A stretch of DNA of 64,000 bases from Escherichia coli (GCF_013315695.1 NZ_CP054353.1); one strand, 5' to 3'. Positions 47,286-62,595 are shown, numbered from the stretch's first letter. Notes: generated by a model not told the origin, from the letters alone. Numbers and translations: made by a program.

Positions 47286-48118
47286 TAATGACCTACCACA
47301 CGCCGACCAAAGCGACTTTGCAGAGTGTTAATTGAGAACAGCAGCAGCAGGGATGCCGCGAGGATCACCGAAGCAATCGCGCTCGCCGCCGGGTAATCAA
47401 ACTCCTGTAAGCGAACAAAAATCATCAGCGACGTCACTTCCGTCTTCCAGGCAATGTTCCCGGCGATGAAAATCACCGCGCCAAATTCACCAAGACTACG
47501 GGTAAACGACAGCGCCACGCCCGCCACCAGCGCCGGAGAAAGCTCCGGCAGCACCACTTTGCAGAAACTCTGCCAGCGCGTTGCGCCGAGCGTTTCTGCC
47601 GCTTCTTCATATTCCGGGCCTAACTCTTCCAGCACCGGCTGCACGGTACGCACCACAAACGGAATACTGGTAAAAGCCATCGCCACCGCAATCCCCAGCC
47701 AGGTATAGGTAACTTTGATATCAAACTTCGCCAGCCATTCACCGTAAAAACCGTTCACGGAAAAGAGCGAGGCCAGCGTTAAACCGGCCACTGCCGTTGG
47801 CAGCGCAAAGGGTAAATCCATCAGCGCATCGAGCAGCGTGCGGCCCGGAAAGCGATAGCGGGTTAAGATCCACGCCATCAGCAAACCGAAAACGCCGTTA
47901 AAAATCGACGCGACAAACGCTGACAGCAGCGTCACTTTGTAGGCCGCGACCACCTGCGGGTTGGTGATCACCTCCCAGTACTGCGCCCAGCTCATCTGAG
48001 CCAGCTGCATCACCAGCGCGGAGAGCGGCAGCAGCAAAATCAGGCACACAAACAGCAGACTGGTGCCGAGGCTTAAGGTAAAGCCCGGCAGCACGCGTCT
48101 TGATGAAACTGCAAACAT
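47285..48118 (-). CDS. cysU: sulfate/thiosulfate ABC transporter permease, 277 aa
   Basis: Membrane permease; start/stop overlaps with cysP and cysW. Confidence 0.9.
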   Translation of the reverse strand: MFAVSSRRVLPGFTLSLGTSLLFVCLILLLPLSALVMQLAQMSWAQYWEVITNPQVVAAYKVTLLSAFVASIFNGVFGLLMAWILTRYRFPGRTLLDALMDLPFALPTAVAGLTLASLFSVNGFYGEWLAKFDIKVTYTWLGIAVAMAFTSIPFVVRTVQPVLEELGPEYEEAAETLGATRWQSFCKVVLPELSPALVAGVALSFTRSLGEFGAVIFIAGNIAWKTEVTSLMIFVRLQEFDYPAASAIASVILAASLLLLFSINTLQSRFGRRVVGH

Positions 48119-49134
48119 TAATTACGCCCCGCCGCTAACAGCTTGTCTAACTCGCCGCCGCTGGTGAAGTGGGTTTTCATCACTTCCGGCCAGGAGCCAA
48201 ATTTGTCTTCCACGCGGAACAGTTCGGTCTGCGGGAATTTGTCTTTCAGTTTGTCCATAACTTCCGGGTTATTTACGCGGTAGTAATAGTCGGTGATGAT
48301 GGTTTGCGCCTGCGGGCTGTAGAGCCAGTTCAGGTAAGCTTTTGCTGCTTTTTCCGTACCGTTGGCCTGCACGTTTTTATCGACCCACGCCACCGGGAAT
48401 TCCGCCAGAATATTGGTTTTCGGAATCACCACTTCAAAGCCTTGCGCTTCATACTGTTTGCGAATGTTGTTCACTTCCGATTCAAAGCTAATCAGTACAT
48501 CGCCCAGCCCGCGCTCGGCAAAAGTGGTGGTCGCGCCACGACCGCCGGTATCGAACACTTCAACGTTTTTCAGGAACTGGGTCATAAACTGTTCGGTTTT
48601 GGCTTTGTCGCCACCGTCAGCTTTATCCGCTGCGCCCCATGCCGCCAGATAGGTATAACGCGCGTTACCCGACGTTTTCGGATTCGGGAAAATCAGCTTC
48701 ACGTCGGAGCGCACGAGGTCGTTCCAGTCGTGAATATTCTTCGGGTTGCCCTTACGCACCAGGAAGCCCATGGTGGAGTAGAACGGCGAGCTATTATTCG
48801 GCAGGCGCGACTGCCAGTCGGCCGGGATCAGCTTGCCTTTGTCATGCAGGATTTGTACGTCGGTCACCTGGTTATAAGTGACAACGTCGGCTTTTAAGCC
48901 CTGCAAAATCGCCAGCGCCTGTTTTGATGACCCGGCATGAGATTGTTTTATAGTCAGTTTGTCGCCGCCGTTATCTTTTGCCCATTGTTGCTCAAACGGC
49001 GGGTTCAGGGCGGCAAACAGCTCGCGGGAGACGTCATAAGAACTGTTCAGCAGTTCCGTTGCCTGTACATGGCCCGCCAGCAGCAGAGAAGCGACCAGCG
49101 CGAGTGAGTTCTTTTTCAGTAAGTTAACGGCCAT
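48118..49134 (-). CDS. cysP: thiosulfate/sulfate periplasmic binding protein, 338 aa
   Basis: Signal peptide then periplasmic binding protein fold; first gene of cysPUWA. Confidence 0.9.
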   Translation of the reverse strand: MAVNLLKKNSLALVASLLLAGHVQATELLNSSYDVSRELFAALNPPFEQQWAKDNGGDKLTIKQSHAGSSKQALAILQGLKADVVTYNQVTDVQILHDKGKLIPADWQSRLPNNSSPFYSTMGFLVRKGNPKNIHDWNDLVRSDVKLIFPNPKTSGNARYTYLAAWGAADKADGGDKAKTEQFMTQFLKNVEVFDTGGRGATTTFAERGLGDVLISFESEVNNIRKQYEAQGFEVVIPKTNILAEFPVAWVDKNVQANGTEKAAKAYLNWLYSPQAQTIITDYYYRVNNPEVMDKLKDKFPQTELFRVEDKFGSWPEVMKTHFTSGGELDKLLAAGRN

Positions 49135-49291
49135 TGCGCACCCTTATAAATTTAATGACTTTCTAATAGCCATCATATTTATAACGGACGTGAAAGGAGT
49201 AACGGTTTTATATACCGTTTGGTGATTTGGAAGTTGAAAAGGGAATAAGACGAAATCCTCCCCACAAATGCAGGGAGGAAACAGAGGTGAA

Positions 49292-50083
49292 TCAGATGCC
49301 GACGCTGACCGTCTCCGGCAGTGTGCTGCCGCCATCAATCACATTCTGTGTACCGGTTAAATAACTTGATTCATCCGATGCGAGGAAGGCTGCCAGTTCG
49401 CCGACTTCCAGCGGATCGGCGAGGCGACGCATCGGGATTGCTTTTGCCATTTCAGTCAGCACCGATTCTGGATCTTCCGGGTTCGACTGGCGGGCAATGC
49501 TTTCCGCCATTGGCGTGCGTACGTATCCCGGGCAGATGGCGTTAACGCGAATACCAGACTGCGCGTACTCCACCGCCAGCGATTTAGTCAGGCCAACAAT
49601 CGCCGCTTTCGTTAAGGCGTACGCCGTTTCGCCCGGATCGGCCACCATATCGCCAGTGACTGAAGACATCATCACAATGCGGCCATCTTTGCGGGCAATC
49701 ATCTCCGGCAGCACCGCCTTCGTGACGTTCCATACGCCTTTTATATTGATATCAATATGGAAATCGCGATCTTCATCGCTCATATCGAGGAAACTGCCCA
49801 GACGACAAACGCCTGCGTTATTCACCAGAATATCAATGCGCCCTTCTTTTTCCTTAGCGCGCTTGATAGCTGCGGCGACCGACGCCGGGTCACGCACATC
49901 GGCGACAACCGCCGTACAGCGATGACCACGACCACACAGTTCGTCCGCCAGCTTTTCGATCTCAGGGGAGATATCCAGCAAGATTAGGTTTGCGCCATGA
50001 CGCGCAAAAGTTCTGGCAATTCCTTCGCCAATTCCCTGCAATGCGCCCGTAATCAGTGCTGTCTTGCCCGTGAGTTTACCCAT
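49292..50083 (-). CDS. ucpA: short-chain dehydrogenase/reductase (SDR), 263 aa
   Basis: ORF 49292-50149; chose ATG at 50083 (MGKLTGKTALITGA) with AAGGAGAG upstream; TGxxxGIG Rossmann motif. Confidence 0.85.
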   Translation of the reverse strand: MGKLTGKTALITGALQGIGEGIARTFARHGANLILLDISPEIEKLADELCGRGHRCTAVVADVRDPASVAAAIKRAKEKEGRIDILVNNAGVCRLGSFLDMSDEDRDFHIDINIKGVWNVTKAVLPEMIARKDGRIVMMSSVTGDMVADPGETAYALTKAAIVGLTKSLAVEYAQSGIRVNAICPGYVRTPMAESIARQSNPEDPESVLTEMAKAIPMRRLADPLEVGELAAFLASDESSYLTGTQNVIDGGSTLPETVSVGI

Positions 50084-50211
50084 TTTAATGCTCTCCTTGT
50101 TAATACAGAGCGTTACACTCCATTCCCTCTGAAAATACAGGATAAACAAAATATTGCTGCGGATCAGCTCACTAATTCAGGAAAATCTCAATCCAGTCGC
50201 TGCTTTATGCA

Positions 50212-51069
50212 TCATTTCAGGCGTTGTGTTAGCTCACTGCTGCGCTCAATCATTTTCAATGACTCCACATCATTGAGTTGCACAAGGCCAACAAACAGTA
50301 AGTCGGTAACAGAATTTTGCGCCGTGCGGGTAGACATCGACGAGCTACGCCATTCGGTTTCGCCAGAAACGGTATCGAGGGTGTAATGCGCCAGCCGCCG
50401 CAGCGGGGAATCGGTTAATGAGGTAATGGCAATCACCGTTGCCCCCTGCTTTCGCGCTGCCTCGGCGCACAAGACAATCTCTTTTTTACTGCCGCTGTAA
50501 GAGATAGCGATTTGTACATCGCCTTTTTTTAGCGCCTGAGAAACGGTGGCTTGTACGTGCGTGTCGGCTTCACAGGCCACGCGATAGCCAATTTTCATCA
50601 GTTTGAACGACAGATCGCGCCCCACCAGCGCCGACCCGCCCAGGCCCGTTATCTGGATAAGCGGTGCTTTACTGATGGCCTCAATGATTTTTTGCAGCCG
50701 CGCGTAGTCGAACAACGCGCAGGTTTGCTCCAGCGCCAGCTCTTTTTCGCGATTCAGTTTGCGGGCAATCACTTCCAGCGAATCATCACTGGTAATCGAA
50801 CTGTGCAGGTGCAGCGCCGTGGCATTCGTTTTCTCCCGGCTGGCACTGTATTCGCCAATTAACGCCATACGCAATTCAGTAAATCCTTGCGCGCCGAGCT
50901 TCTGGGCAAACTTCACAATACTCGACTGGCTGATGCCGAGCTGTTTCGCCATCTTGCGCGAAGAGACGGATTTCAGCTCACTCACGTTGGCCCGCAGAAA
51001 GTCAGCAATTTTTTGCTCGTTCCCGGTAAATTCACTTTCCGCATTGCGTATTTTCGTCAGGTACAACAT
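50212..51069 (-). CDS. murR: RpiR/MurR-family repressor (HTH plus SIS domain), 285 aa
   Basis: ORF 50212-51324; chose ATG at 51069 ([14 protein letters not shown]) with AGGAGAG upstream; divergent from murQ. Confidence 0.85.
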   Translation of the reverse strand: MLYLTKIRNAESEFTGNEQKIADFLRANVSELKSVSSRKMAKQLGISQSSIVKFAQKLGAQGFTELRMALIGEYSASREKTNATALHLHSSITSDDSLEVIARKLNREKELALEQTCALFDYARLQKIIEAISKAPLIQITGLGGSALVGRDLSFKLMKIGYRVACEADTHVQATVSQALKKGDVQIAISYSGSKKEIVLCAEAARKQGATVIAITSLTDSPLRRLAHYTLDTVSGETEWRSSSMSTRTAQNSVTDLLFVGLVQLNDVESLKMIERSSELTQRLK

Positions 51070-51232
51070 CTTCCACTCTCCTGGGCTGGCAGCAAAAATT
51101 CCGCTTAAGTTCTTATGACGCTCTTCACACTCTGCGAGTGTAGACTCAATGATTCCTTTAAGTCTGTCAATTCGGGATATATGATTCCATACATCTGCAA
51201 TTATTTGATCGTAAATAGTAAGGTCACCACCG

Positions 51233-52129
51233 ATGCAACTTGAAAAGATGATTACCGAAGGCTCGAACGCCGCTTCGGCTGAAATTGACCGCGTATCAAC
51301 GCTGGAAATGTGCCGGATTATCAACGATGAAGATAAAACCGTACCACTCGCCGTTGAGCGCGTACTGCCGGATATCGCCGCAGCGATCGATGTTATCCAC
51401 GCCCAGGTAAGCGGCGGCGGGCGTCTGATTTATCTCGGTGCGGGAACATCAGGTCGTCTGGGGATTCTGGATGCCAGCGAATGTCCGCCGACCTACGGCG
51501 TGAAACCGGGTCTGGTGGTTGGATTAATTGCTGGCGGCGAATATGCCATTCAGCACGCGGTGGAAGGCGCAGAAGATAGCCGGGAAGGCGGCGTTAACGA
51601 TCTGAAAAATATTAATTTAACGGCACAGGATGTGGTGGTTGGCATTGCTGCCAGCGGTCGCACGCCGTATGTGATTGCCGGACTGGAATATGCACGCCAG
51701 CTCGGCTGCCGTACAGTGGGAATTTCCTGTAATCCGGGGAGTGCCGTTTCCACCACCGCTGAGTTTGCCATTACACCGATTGTAGGTGCCGAAGTGGTTA
51801 CCGGTTCTTCACGAATGAAAGCAGGCACAGCGCAGAAACTGGTGCTCAATATGCTCTCCACCGGGCTGATGATTAAATCCGGCAAAGTGTTCGGCAACCT
51901 GATGGTCGATGTGGTCGCCACCAACGAAAAACTGTATGTGCGCCAGGTCAATATCGTCAAAAACGCTACCGGATGTAATGCCGAACAAGCGGAAGCGGCG
52001 TTAATTGCTTGCGAGCGCAACTGTAAAACGGCCATTGTGATGGTACTGAAAAATCTCGATGCCGATGAAGCTAAAAAATGCCTGGATCAACACGGCGGTT
52101 TTATTCGCAAGGCTCTGGAAAAGGAATAA
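51233..52129 (+). CDS. murQ: N-acetylmuramic acid 6-phosphate etherase, 298 aa
   Basis: SIS-domain etherase (GAGTSGRLG). Confidence 0.9.
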   Translation: MQLEKMITEGSNAASAEIDRVSTLEMCRIINDEDKTVPLAVERVLPDIAAAIDVIHAQVSGGGRLIYLGAGTSGRLGILDASECPPTYGVKPGLVVGLIAGGEYAIQHAVEGAEDSREGGVNDLKNINLTAQDVVVGIAASGRTPYVIAGLEYARQLGCRTVGISCNPGSAVSTTAEFAITPIVGAEVVTGSSRMKAGTAQKLVLNMLSTGLMIKSGKVFGNLMVDVVATNEKLYVRQVNIVKNATGCNAEQAEAALIACERNCKTAIVMVLKNLDADEAKKCLDQHGGFIRKALEKE

Positions 52130-52132
52130 CCC

Positions 52133-53557
<1,425 letters not shown>

Positions 53558-53561
53558 TAAT

Positions 53562-54866
53562 ATGAAACGGACAATGCTCTATCTTTCTCTGCTGGCTGTC
53601 AGCTGTAGCGTCAGCGCCGCAAAATACCCTGTTCTGACAGAAAGTTCGCCAGAGAAGGCAGGGTTTAACGTCGAACGGCTTAATCAGATGGATCGCTGGA
53701 TAAGCCAGCAAGTTGATGCCGGTTATCCCGGCGTAAACCTGCTGATTATAAAAGATAATCAGATTGTTTATCGCAAAGCCTGGGGCGCGGCGAAAAAGTA
53801 CGATGGCAGCGCGTTAATGGCGCAGCCTGTAAAAGCCACCACCGGGACGCTGTATGATCTGGCCTCAAACACCAAGATGTACGCCACTAACTTCGCGCTG
53901 CAAAAGCTGATGAGCGAAGGCAAACTGCATCCTGACGATCGGATTGCGAAATATATTCCAGGGTTTGCCGACAGCCCGAACGATGCGATCAAAGGCAAAA
54001 ACACGCTGCGGATTTCTGATCTGCTGCATCACAGCGGCGGTTTCCCGGCAGATCCGCAATACCCGAATAAAGCGGTCGCGGGCGCGTTATATTCCCAGGA
54101 TAAAGGCCAGACGCTGGAGATGATCAAGCGCACGCCGCTGGAGTATCAGCCCGGCAGCAAGCATATCTACAGCGATGTCGATTATATGCTGCTTGGATTT
54201 ATCGTCGAGTCGGTTACCGGTCAGCCACTTGACCACTATGTTGAAGAGTCGATTTATCGCCCGCTCGGCCTGACGCATACGGTGTTTAATCCGCTACTGA
54301 AAGGCTTTAAACCGCAACAAATTGCCGCCACGGAACTCAACGGCAATACCCGCGATGGCGTGATCCATTTCCCGAATATCCGCACCTCCACTCTCTGGGG
54401 TCAGGTGCACGATGAAAAAGCCTTTTATTCGATGGGCGGCGTTTCCGGGCACGCAGGTTTGTTTTCCAATACCGGCGATATTGCGGTGTTAATGCAAACG
54501 ATGCTGAACGGCGGTGGCTATGGTGATGTGCAGCTGTTCAGTGCGGAAACGGTGAAGATGTTCACCACCAGCTCTAAGGAAGATGCCACTTTTGGCCTCG
54601 GCTGGCGCGTGAATGGTAATGCCACCATGACGCCGACGTTTGGCACGCTGGCAAGCCCGCAAACCTACGGTCACACTGGCTGGACCGGGACGGTGACCGT
54701 TATCGATCCGGTGAATCATATGGCGATTGTGATGTTAAGCAATAAGCCGCATTCGCCAGTAGCCGATCCGCAAAAGAATCCCAATATGTTCGAAAGCGGT
54801 CAGTTGCCGATTGCAACTTATGGTTGGGTTGTTGATCAGGTATATGCGGCGTTGAAGCAGAAGTAA
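53562..54866 (+). CDS. yfeW: penicillin-binding protein 4B / beta-lactamase-family DD-carboxypeptidase, 434 aa
   Basis: ORF 53475-54866; chose ATG at 53562 (MKRTMLYLSLLAVS signal peptide), 4 bp after murP stop; SxxK motif (ASNTK). Confidence 0.85.
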   Translation: MKRTMLYLSLLAVSCSVSAAKYPVLTESSPEKAGFNVERLNQMDRWISQQVDAGYPGVNLLIIKDNQIVYRKAWGAAKKYDGSALMAQPVKATTGTLYDLASNTKMYATNFALQKLMSEGKLHPDDRIAKYIPGFADSPNDAIKGKNTLRISDLLHHSGGFPADPQYPNKAVAGALYSQDKGQTLEMIKRTPLEYQPGSKHIYSDVDYMLLGFIVESVTGQPLDHYVEESIYRPLGLTHTVFNPLLKGFKPQQIAATELNGNTRDGVIHFPNIRTSTLWGQVHDEKAFYSMGGVSGHAGLFSNTGDIAVLMQTMLNGGGYGDVQLFSAETVKMFTTSSKEDATFGLGWRVNGNATMTPTFGTLASPQTYGHTGWTGTVTVIDPVNHMAIVMLSNKPHSPVADPQKNPNMFESGQLPIATYGWVVDQVYAALKQK

Positions 54867-54870
54867 TAAA

Positions 54871-54904
54871 AAGGCCAGTCAGTAATGTTACTGCCTGGCC
54901 TTTA
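54871..54904. terminator. bidirectional hairpin between yfeW and yfeX
   Basis: AAAGGCCAGTCAGTAA-TG-TTACTGCCTGGCCTTT long stem with one mismatch. Confidence 0.6.
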
Positions 54905-54923
54905 ATCAATGAATCAGAAACGC

Positions 54924-55907
<984 letters not shown>

Positions 55908-55918
55908 TCAGACGCAAA

Positions 55919-56494
55919 TTAACGCCGCCAGATAATTTTACTGACTTTCCAGTTTTTCAGGGTATCGTCCGAAGGCATTAACCCTTCAGGACCACTCCAT
56001 TCCCCGCTGAACTGGTAGCTAATATGTTGACTGCCTTCGGCTTTACATTCGACGGCACGATTATCATCACCATCAGCTTTTTGGCAATTGCCAAATGCTT
56101 TGCTGTAAAGGTCGCTAAACGGTGTACCGATTTTAACACCGGTGTCAGCAGGAATATCGCTATCCAGCACATCAATGCGGCTGATCGTACCCTGATCGCC
56201 GTTAATCACCATCGCCACGTTGTCGCCTTTCATCACTTCAAAAAAGCGCACCACGTTGCCGTTCGCGGTTTTCATTCCGCTGCGCAGGCGATAATCGCCA
56301 TCAAGCGCATCGGCAATGGCTTGTTCTTGCAGTGGTGTGGACGCCGTTAATTCACCCACGCCCTGCTCGCTCACTTTGGTGGACGACCCAAACCAGTTCC
56401 ACGGGTTAGCGGCAGACCAGTTAACTGACGACATCGTGGAACAGCCGGTCAGCATCAACGGCATAGCGCATAACATTAAACGCAGCGATTTCAT
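55919..56494 (-). CDS. yfeY: lipoprotein of unknown function, 191 aa
   Basis: Lipobox LTGC in MKSLRLMLCAMPLMLTGCS. Confidence 0.8.
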   Translation of the reverse strand: MKSLRLMLCAMPLMLTGCSTMSSVNWSAANPWNWFGSSTKVSEQGVGELTASTPLQEQAIADALDGDYRLRSGMKTANGNVVRFFEVMKGDNVAMVINGDQGTISRIDVLDSDIPADTGVKIGTPFSDLYSKAFGNCQKADGDDNRAVECKAEGSQHISYQFSGEWSGPEGLMPSDDTLKNWKVSKIIWRR

Positions 56495-56554
56495 GTCACT
56501 TCCTTTGGTTATTCAATAACGTTGCTTGGAGTGCAAATTCACCAAAAAGTGCCG

Positions 56555-57004
56555 TTATTCTTTTTCTTCATTAAAACAAGCGCGTAAACGTCGATTGGTC
56601 AGCAGCCAGATTAACGCCACGATATCCGCCACTACCAGCGCCAGACCGATACCGCTAACGGATTCACCGTTCAGCCACAGCCACGGTTGCCAGCAAAGTA
56701 AAACCACCTGCGCCAACAGCAACAGAAAATAGAGCACATGCCAGATACGGGGAAATGAAGCCCGCCGACCACTCAGCAAAAATGCCAGCACCGCCGGAAT
56801 ACCGGGAATCAACCCCAGCCAGAAATTATCGTGATCGGGATAAAACAGATTTAGCAGTGCAGTACCCTGCTCGCGCGACGCACCGGCAATGACAAACAGC
56901 ACCCAGGTTCGCGCCTGAAGCAATAGCACAAGCCAGAAGAGCAAGGGTAAACGCAGGCGACCGTGCGCATCATAATGGACAGGATGAAACTCAGTACTCT
57001 TCAT
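56555..57004 (-). CDS. yfeZ: inner-membrane protein of unknown function, 149 aa
   Basis: ORF 56555-57010; chose ATG at 57004 (MKSTEF); four hydrophobic segments. Confidence 0.75.
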
Positions 57005-57416
57005 CTTCAATCAAACGCTTACCCAGACTCAGTACGTCGGCGTGTTCATATCCCAGGCGTTCATACATTCCGAGCACCATGTCGTTATCTTCCGGCACGT
57101 TGATCTGAATTTTCGGACAGCCGCGAGCAATCAGCTTTTTCTCCAACCGATTAAGCAACGCATTAGCAATCCCACGCCCACGAAACTCTGGATGCACGCC
57201 AAGATAATAAGCAGACCCGCGATGCCCGTCATAACCGCCCATCACCGTTCCGACCACTTCACCGTTTACCTCAGCGACCAGAAACAAACTGACGTCATGG
57301 TTCATCTTACGCTCGATGTCCATTTCCGGATCGTTCCACGGACGCAGCAAGTCGCAACGCTCCCAAAGGGTGATGACCTCTTCGAAATCTTCCTGGCGAA
57401 ATACGCGTATCTCCAT
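56991..57416 (-). CDS. ypeA: GNAT-family N-acetyltransferase, 141 aa
   Basis: ORF 56991-57527; chose ATG at 57416 ([14 protein letters not shown]); acetyl-CoA motif RGRGIANAL; 3' end overlaps yfeZ start by 14 nt. Confidence 0.8.
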
Positions 57417-57629
57417 GGTATTCGTTACCTTTTTGCGGGTTAAAAGGCTGATTATGGCGTGAACGGTCGAATTAGCCAATATCTGACGAAAATCGGTTGA
57501 AAAAGTGGCATAATGGGGAGTTGTCAACTATTGAAATGAAAAGTAAAACAATTCTCAACAGCAAACGGTCGTAACGGATTACGCGATACGATATAACATC
57601 TGGAACTTTATTATTACAACTCAGGCCGT

Positions 57630-58499
57630 ATGAGCACTTTTAAACCACTAAAAACACTCACTTCGCGCCGCCAGGTGCTGAAAGCCGGTTTGGCTGCCCT
57701 GACGTTGTCAGGAATGTCGCAAGCCATCGCCAAAGACGAACCTTTAAAAACCAGCAACGGACACAGCAAGCCGAAAGCCAAAAAATCTGGCGGCAAACGT
57801 GTCGTTGTTCTCGATCCAGGCCACGGCGGGATTGATACCGGAGCGATCGGACGCAACGGTTCGAAAGAAAAACATGTGGTGCTGGCGATTGCTAAAAACG
57901 TCCGTTCCATTTTGCGTAATCATGGCATTGATGCGCGTTTAACGCGTTCTGGCGATACGTTTATCCCACTATACGATCGCGTTGAAATCGCCCATAAACA
58001 TGGCGCAGATCTGTTTATGTCAATTCATGCCGATGGCTTTACCAACCCGAAAGCTGCCGGTGCTTCGGTATTTGCCCTCTCTAACCGCGGTGCTAGTAGC
58101 GCAATGGCGAAATACCTGTCTGAACGCGAAAACCGCGCTGATGAAGTTGCCGGTAAAAAGGCGACTGACAAGGATCACCTATTGCAGCAAGTGCTGTTTG
58201 ATCTGGTGCAAACCGATACTATTAAAAACAGCCTGACGCTCGGCTCGCATATTCTGAAGAAGATTAAGCCGGTGCATAAACTGCACAGCCGCAACACCGA
58301 ACAAGCCGCGTTTGTGGTGTTGAAATCGCCGTCGGTTCCGTCGGTGCTGGTGGAAACCTCGTTTATCACCAACCCGGAAGAAGAGCGGCTGTTAGGCACG
58401 GCGGCGTTTCGCCAGAAAATCGCCACAGCGATTGCCGAAGGCGTGATCAGTTATTTCCACTGGTTTGACAACCAGAAAGCACACTCGAGAAAGCGATAA
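57630..58499 (+). CDS. amiA: N-acetylmuramoyl-L-alanine amidase AmiA, 289 aa
   Basis: Twin-arginine signal peptide (TSRRQVLKAGLAALTLSGMSQA) and Amidase_3 domain. Confidence 0.9.
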   Translation: MSTFKPLKTLTSRRQVLKAGLAALTLSGMSQAIAKDEPLKTSNGHSKPKAKKSGGKRVVVLDPGHGGIDTGAIGRNGSKEKHVVLAIAKNVRSILRNHGIDARLTRSGDTFIPLYDRVEIAHKHGADLFMSIHADGFTNPKAAGASVFALSNRGASSAMAKYLSERENRADEVAGKKATDKDHLLQQVLFDLVQTDTIKNSLTLGSHILKKIKPVHKLHSRNTEQAAFVVLKSPSVPSVLVETSFITNPEEERLLGTAAFRQKIATAIAEGVISYFHWFDNQKAHSRKR

Positions 58500-59402
<903 letters not shown>

Positions 59403-59407
59403 CTCCC

Positions 59408-60460
59408 TCACCCCCACTCCCGCATCCGCTGATGCAGCGTCAGTGACGGCTTCTCGGCAAACAGTTGCTGATAATCCGTAGCAAATTGCCCAAGATGCCA
59501 GAATCCCCACTGCATGGCGGCGTCTTTTACCGTCATACTTTGCGACCACGGGCTTATCAGTTCGCGGCGCACGGCGTTCAGGCGAATGCGTTTCAGCCAC
59601 GCGTTTGGGCCAATGCCTAAAATAGCGTGAAAAGCGTTTTGTAGCGTGCGGCGGCTGACATGTAGTTGATTACACAAGTCCAGCACCGTCACCGGTTCGG
59701 ACATGTTTTCCAGCACATATTCACGGGCGCGGGAAAGCAATCGACGGTAACTCTGATGACTGATGCTTTCCGCCGTCACCATTGGCTGCGCTTCTTCCAG
59801 CATCGCCCCCATCGCCATTAGCAAGTTATCCCCCAGCACTTTTCGCACTGCAGGCTGATGGAGATTTTCCGGGTTCTCGCAAAACGTCGCCAGCGCCTGT
59901 TGGACAAAGCCCCACAGAGCGGCTTTATGCTGCTCTTTCACTTCCAGCGCCGACTGGCTACGCAGCATATGTAATACCCGATCCGGATTATGCAAAAAGT
60001 TAGCCTGACGAGTGATGACATCTTCAGAAAGCACTACGCCCAGGATCGTGTAATCGTCCGGCGTACTTAATTCAAACTCGGTTCCACCCGGGCGCGTCGC
60101 AATTTCTGCGCTTCCCAGACATTGCGAACCGATAAATCCCTGCTCACCGCGCGTCGCCGGAATGCCAAACCAGAACGAGTTCGGCCAGACCAGGCACGAC
60201 TGACGCAGCGCCAGACCGGTGTATTCACGAAAAACCTGAATATCATCGAGTAGAATTTCCGTAAATTCACCATGAAACTTGCCCGGATGCAGCTGATCGT
60301 AAATCTGCTGCCAGGCGGTAATCGTCAAAGCATGTTCATAGACATCCGTTGTCTGTCGTTGATGAACATTATCCACTTCGACCTTCGGCGTGAGCTTCAG
60401 GTTTTCGGGTAAGGGTTCATGATAAAGATGGTGCAAATTGGCTGTACGGGTCTTTTTCAT
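59408..60460 (-). CDS. eutR: AraC-family activator of the ethanolamine operon, 350 aa
   Basis: C-terminal AraC HTH; last gene of the minus-strand eut operon; stop 5 bp from the hemF stop. Confidence 0.9.
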   Translation of the reverse strand: MKKTRTANLHHLYHEPLPENLKLTPKVEVDNVHQRQTTDVYEHALTITAWQQIYDQLHPGKFHGEFTEILLDDIQVFREYTGLALRQSCLVWPNSFWFGIPATRGEQGFIGSQCLGSAEIATRPGGTEFELSTPDDYTILGVVLSEDVITRQANFLHNPDRVLHMLRSQSALEVKEQHKAALWGFVQQALATFCENPENLHQPAVRKVLGDNLLMAMGAMLEEAQPMVTAESISHQSYRRLLSRAREYVLENMSEPVTVLDLCNQLHVSRRTLQNAFHAILGIGPNAWLKRIRLNAVRRELISPWSQSMTVKDAAMQWGFWHLGQFATDYQQLFAEKPSLTLHQRMREWG

Positions 60461-60505
60461 GATGTTAATGCCGGGTGTTGTAGGACACCCGGCACCTCCG
60501 ACAGG

Positions 60506-61006
60506 TTAATGGGGCTTGAGACGGTAACGACTACTGCGTTTACGTAACGTCCCGGCAGAAAAGAGCTGTTCGAGCGCATTTCTGGCTTTTTCCAGCGGCC
60601 AGCCAAAGTGGGCAGCCACTTCTCCTGCCGTCATTCCCTGACGTACTGATGTTAACAGCGCCAACAACTCGTCAGCAGATTCCGCGTCGATAACTGGCGC
60701 GTCGGGTTCCTTTACGGGTTGCTTCGGCTGGCGGTTAAAGCCAGTAACCAGCCACTGGGTGTCATCGTCTGGCCGACCGATCTCCTTACGGCTGATGACA
60801 CGCCCGGTACGCATCGCGGCAGCACAACCTGCGTCCAGCGCCGCACGACACGCCGCCAGATCGCCTTCCACCACCAGCGTTAGGCGACCAGGGTCAAGCA
60901 CTTCATGGCTGAGCAGACGAACGTTAGCTGCTTTGAGCATGGCATCCGCTGCATCTATCGCGGCGACCATGCCGTCAACTTCCAGCAATCCCAGTGCATT
61001 GATCAT
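60506..61006 (-). CDS. eutK: ethanolamine microcompartment shell protein EutK, 166 aa
   Basis: ORF 60506-61012; chose ATG at 61006 (MINALGLLEV) with GGAGG upstream; BMC domain plus C-terminal extension. Confidence 0.85.
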   Translation of the reverse strand: MINALGLLEVDGMVAAIDAADAMLKAANVRLLSHEVLDPGRLTLVVEGDLAACRAALDAGCAAAMRTGRVISRKEIGRPDDDTQWLVTGFNRQPKQPVKEPDAPVIDAESADELLALLTSVRQGMTAGEVAAHFGWPLEKARNALEQLFSAGTLRKRSSRYRLKPH

Positions 61007-61018
61007 CGGCAACCTCCG

Positions 61019-61678
61019 TTACGCACGCTGGATTGGATTACGCGCGATTTCCAGCACTGCATCGGTAAAGGCGTTACAGGCTGCTTTACACGCGGCCTGG
61101 CTACCGGTTAAAAATGCTGCCGAGTAGTTGGTTTCAGACGGTGGCGGGACATAGGTCACCAGCTGCACGTCGGCAGATTTCAACGCTGCATCAATGCCGT
61201 AGGTCGCTTCCAGCGGCGGTGCCACCAGATACGCCATCGGATCGCCAAGCGTGATCCCGGCGGTTGATGAGAGATAAGAACCGGTACGCGAAACGACATG
61301 TGCCAGGAAGGCTGTATTTTCTGCGTCATTAGCCCACTGGAAAGCAGCGCCATTTTCAATATGCGCAACCATCGCATCCAGACCAGCACGCACTTCCGCC
61401 GGGTTTGGCCCACCCAGCATAATCAGCACTTCACCGGCAGTCGGTGACGGGCCGTGTGCGGCTCCCGCATACAGCGAGCGGCCATACACCACTTCCACCA
61501 TCGCCTGCTTGGTCGCTTCGTCAGCCGCAATGTAGGTGACGTCATCTGAATCAGCAGAAATCAGCCCGAGGCTACGAATATGCGGCGGCAATTTCAGTTC
61601 ACGTGCAAATTCGGCGTTAACGGAGGCAATCACCCGCATGGCGGTTACCGACGGTCGAATCAAATCTAAAGCTGGCAT
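61019..61678 (-). CDS. eutL: ethanolamine microcompartment shell protein EutL, 219 aa
   Basis: Tandem BMC-domain protein. Confidence 0.9.
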   Translation of the reverse strand: MPALDLIRPSVTAMRVIASVNAEFARELKLPPHIRSLGLISADSDDVTYIAADEATKQAMVEVVYGRSLYAGAAHGPSPTAGEVLIMLGGPNPAEVRAGLDAMVAHIENGAAFQWANDAENTAFLAHVVSRTGSYLSSTAGITLGDPMAYLVAPPLEATYGIDAALKSADVQLVTYVPPPSETNYSAAFLTGSQAACKAACNAFTDAVLEIARNPIQRA

Positions 61679-61687
61679 GATGCCTCC

Positions 61688-62575
61688 TTATCGGGTCATG
61701 TTGATGCCGGATGCTTTCTGCTCCAGCATACGTTTCGCCAAATCCACAATGACGGCTGCGGCTTCAACCGGCGGCGTGCCGCCCTGGTGAATGTTAGAGA
61801 TACAGGTGCGATCGGCCTCAACGGTGGTCGCCATACGCGGCGAGTAAACGGCGTAGCAGGAGAGGCTTTCTGACTGCCCCAACCCCGGACGTTCGCCCAC
61901 CAGCAGGATCACCACTTTCGCACCGAGGATCTCACCGATCTGATCTTCAATCTTCACGCGACCATAACGAACAAAGAATGGCGTACCAACTTTCAGCCCG
62001 GCCTGTTTCAGGCCCGCCATCAGCGGCGGCAGGATCTCTTCGTAGTTCACGGTGATCGCATCAGTTGACAGGCCATCAGAAATAACGACCTGCACGTCCG
62101 GATTAGCAACACACTGTGCTTTCAGCGCTTCAACAGCTTCTGCACACAGGCGGCGGCCCATATCCGGGCGAGTCAGGTAGAGATTTTTGTCGCTGATTTC
62201 GGAGCGGACTTCCAGCAAGCCCTGCGCTTTCACCCACTCTTCCGGCACTTCTTTCAGTACAGTATCTTTCGAACGAGAGTGATCGGCCAGGAAACGCAGC
62301 AACGCCTGGGTACGCGGACGCGGACCGGCACGACCGGTACAAACGCGGGCCACGGTGCTGCGACGCAGTTCTGTTAATACGTCTGCGCGATGCGGGTTTT
62401 CAACACCAATCCACGCTTTTGCTTCCGCAGAGCCTAAATCCAGCGCGCAGCTTTCCGAGGTCACCGGTGCCGCACAGGTGGTGGTGGCGCACTTTGCTTC
62501 TGACGGCGCGGGGGCCGCTTGTCCCATTGACGCCATCACGCTGCGTACAATTTCTTCAATCTGTTTTTGATCCAT
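61688..62575 (-). CDS. eutC: ethanolamine ammonia-lyase small subunit, 295 aa
   Basis: EutC family, follows eutB. Confidence 0.9.
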   Translation of the reverse strand: MDQKQIEEIVRSVMASMGQAAPAPSEAKCATTTCAAPVTSESCALDLGSAEAKAWIGVENPHRADVLTELRRSTVARVCTGRAGPRPRTQALLRFLADHSRSKDTVLKEVPEEWVKAQGLLEVRSEISDKNLYLTRPDMGRRLCAEAVEALKAQCVANPDVQVVISDGLSTDAITVNYEEILPPLMAGLKQAGLKVGTPFFVRYGRVKIEDQIGEILGAKVVILLVGERPGLGQSESLSCYAVYSPRMATTVEADRTCISNIHQGGTPPVEAAAVIVDLAKRMLEQKASGINMTR

Positions 62576-62595
62576 GATGTGTTATCTCCGCGTCA

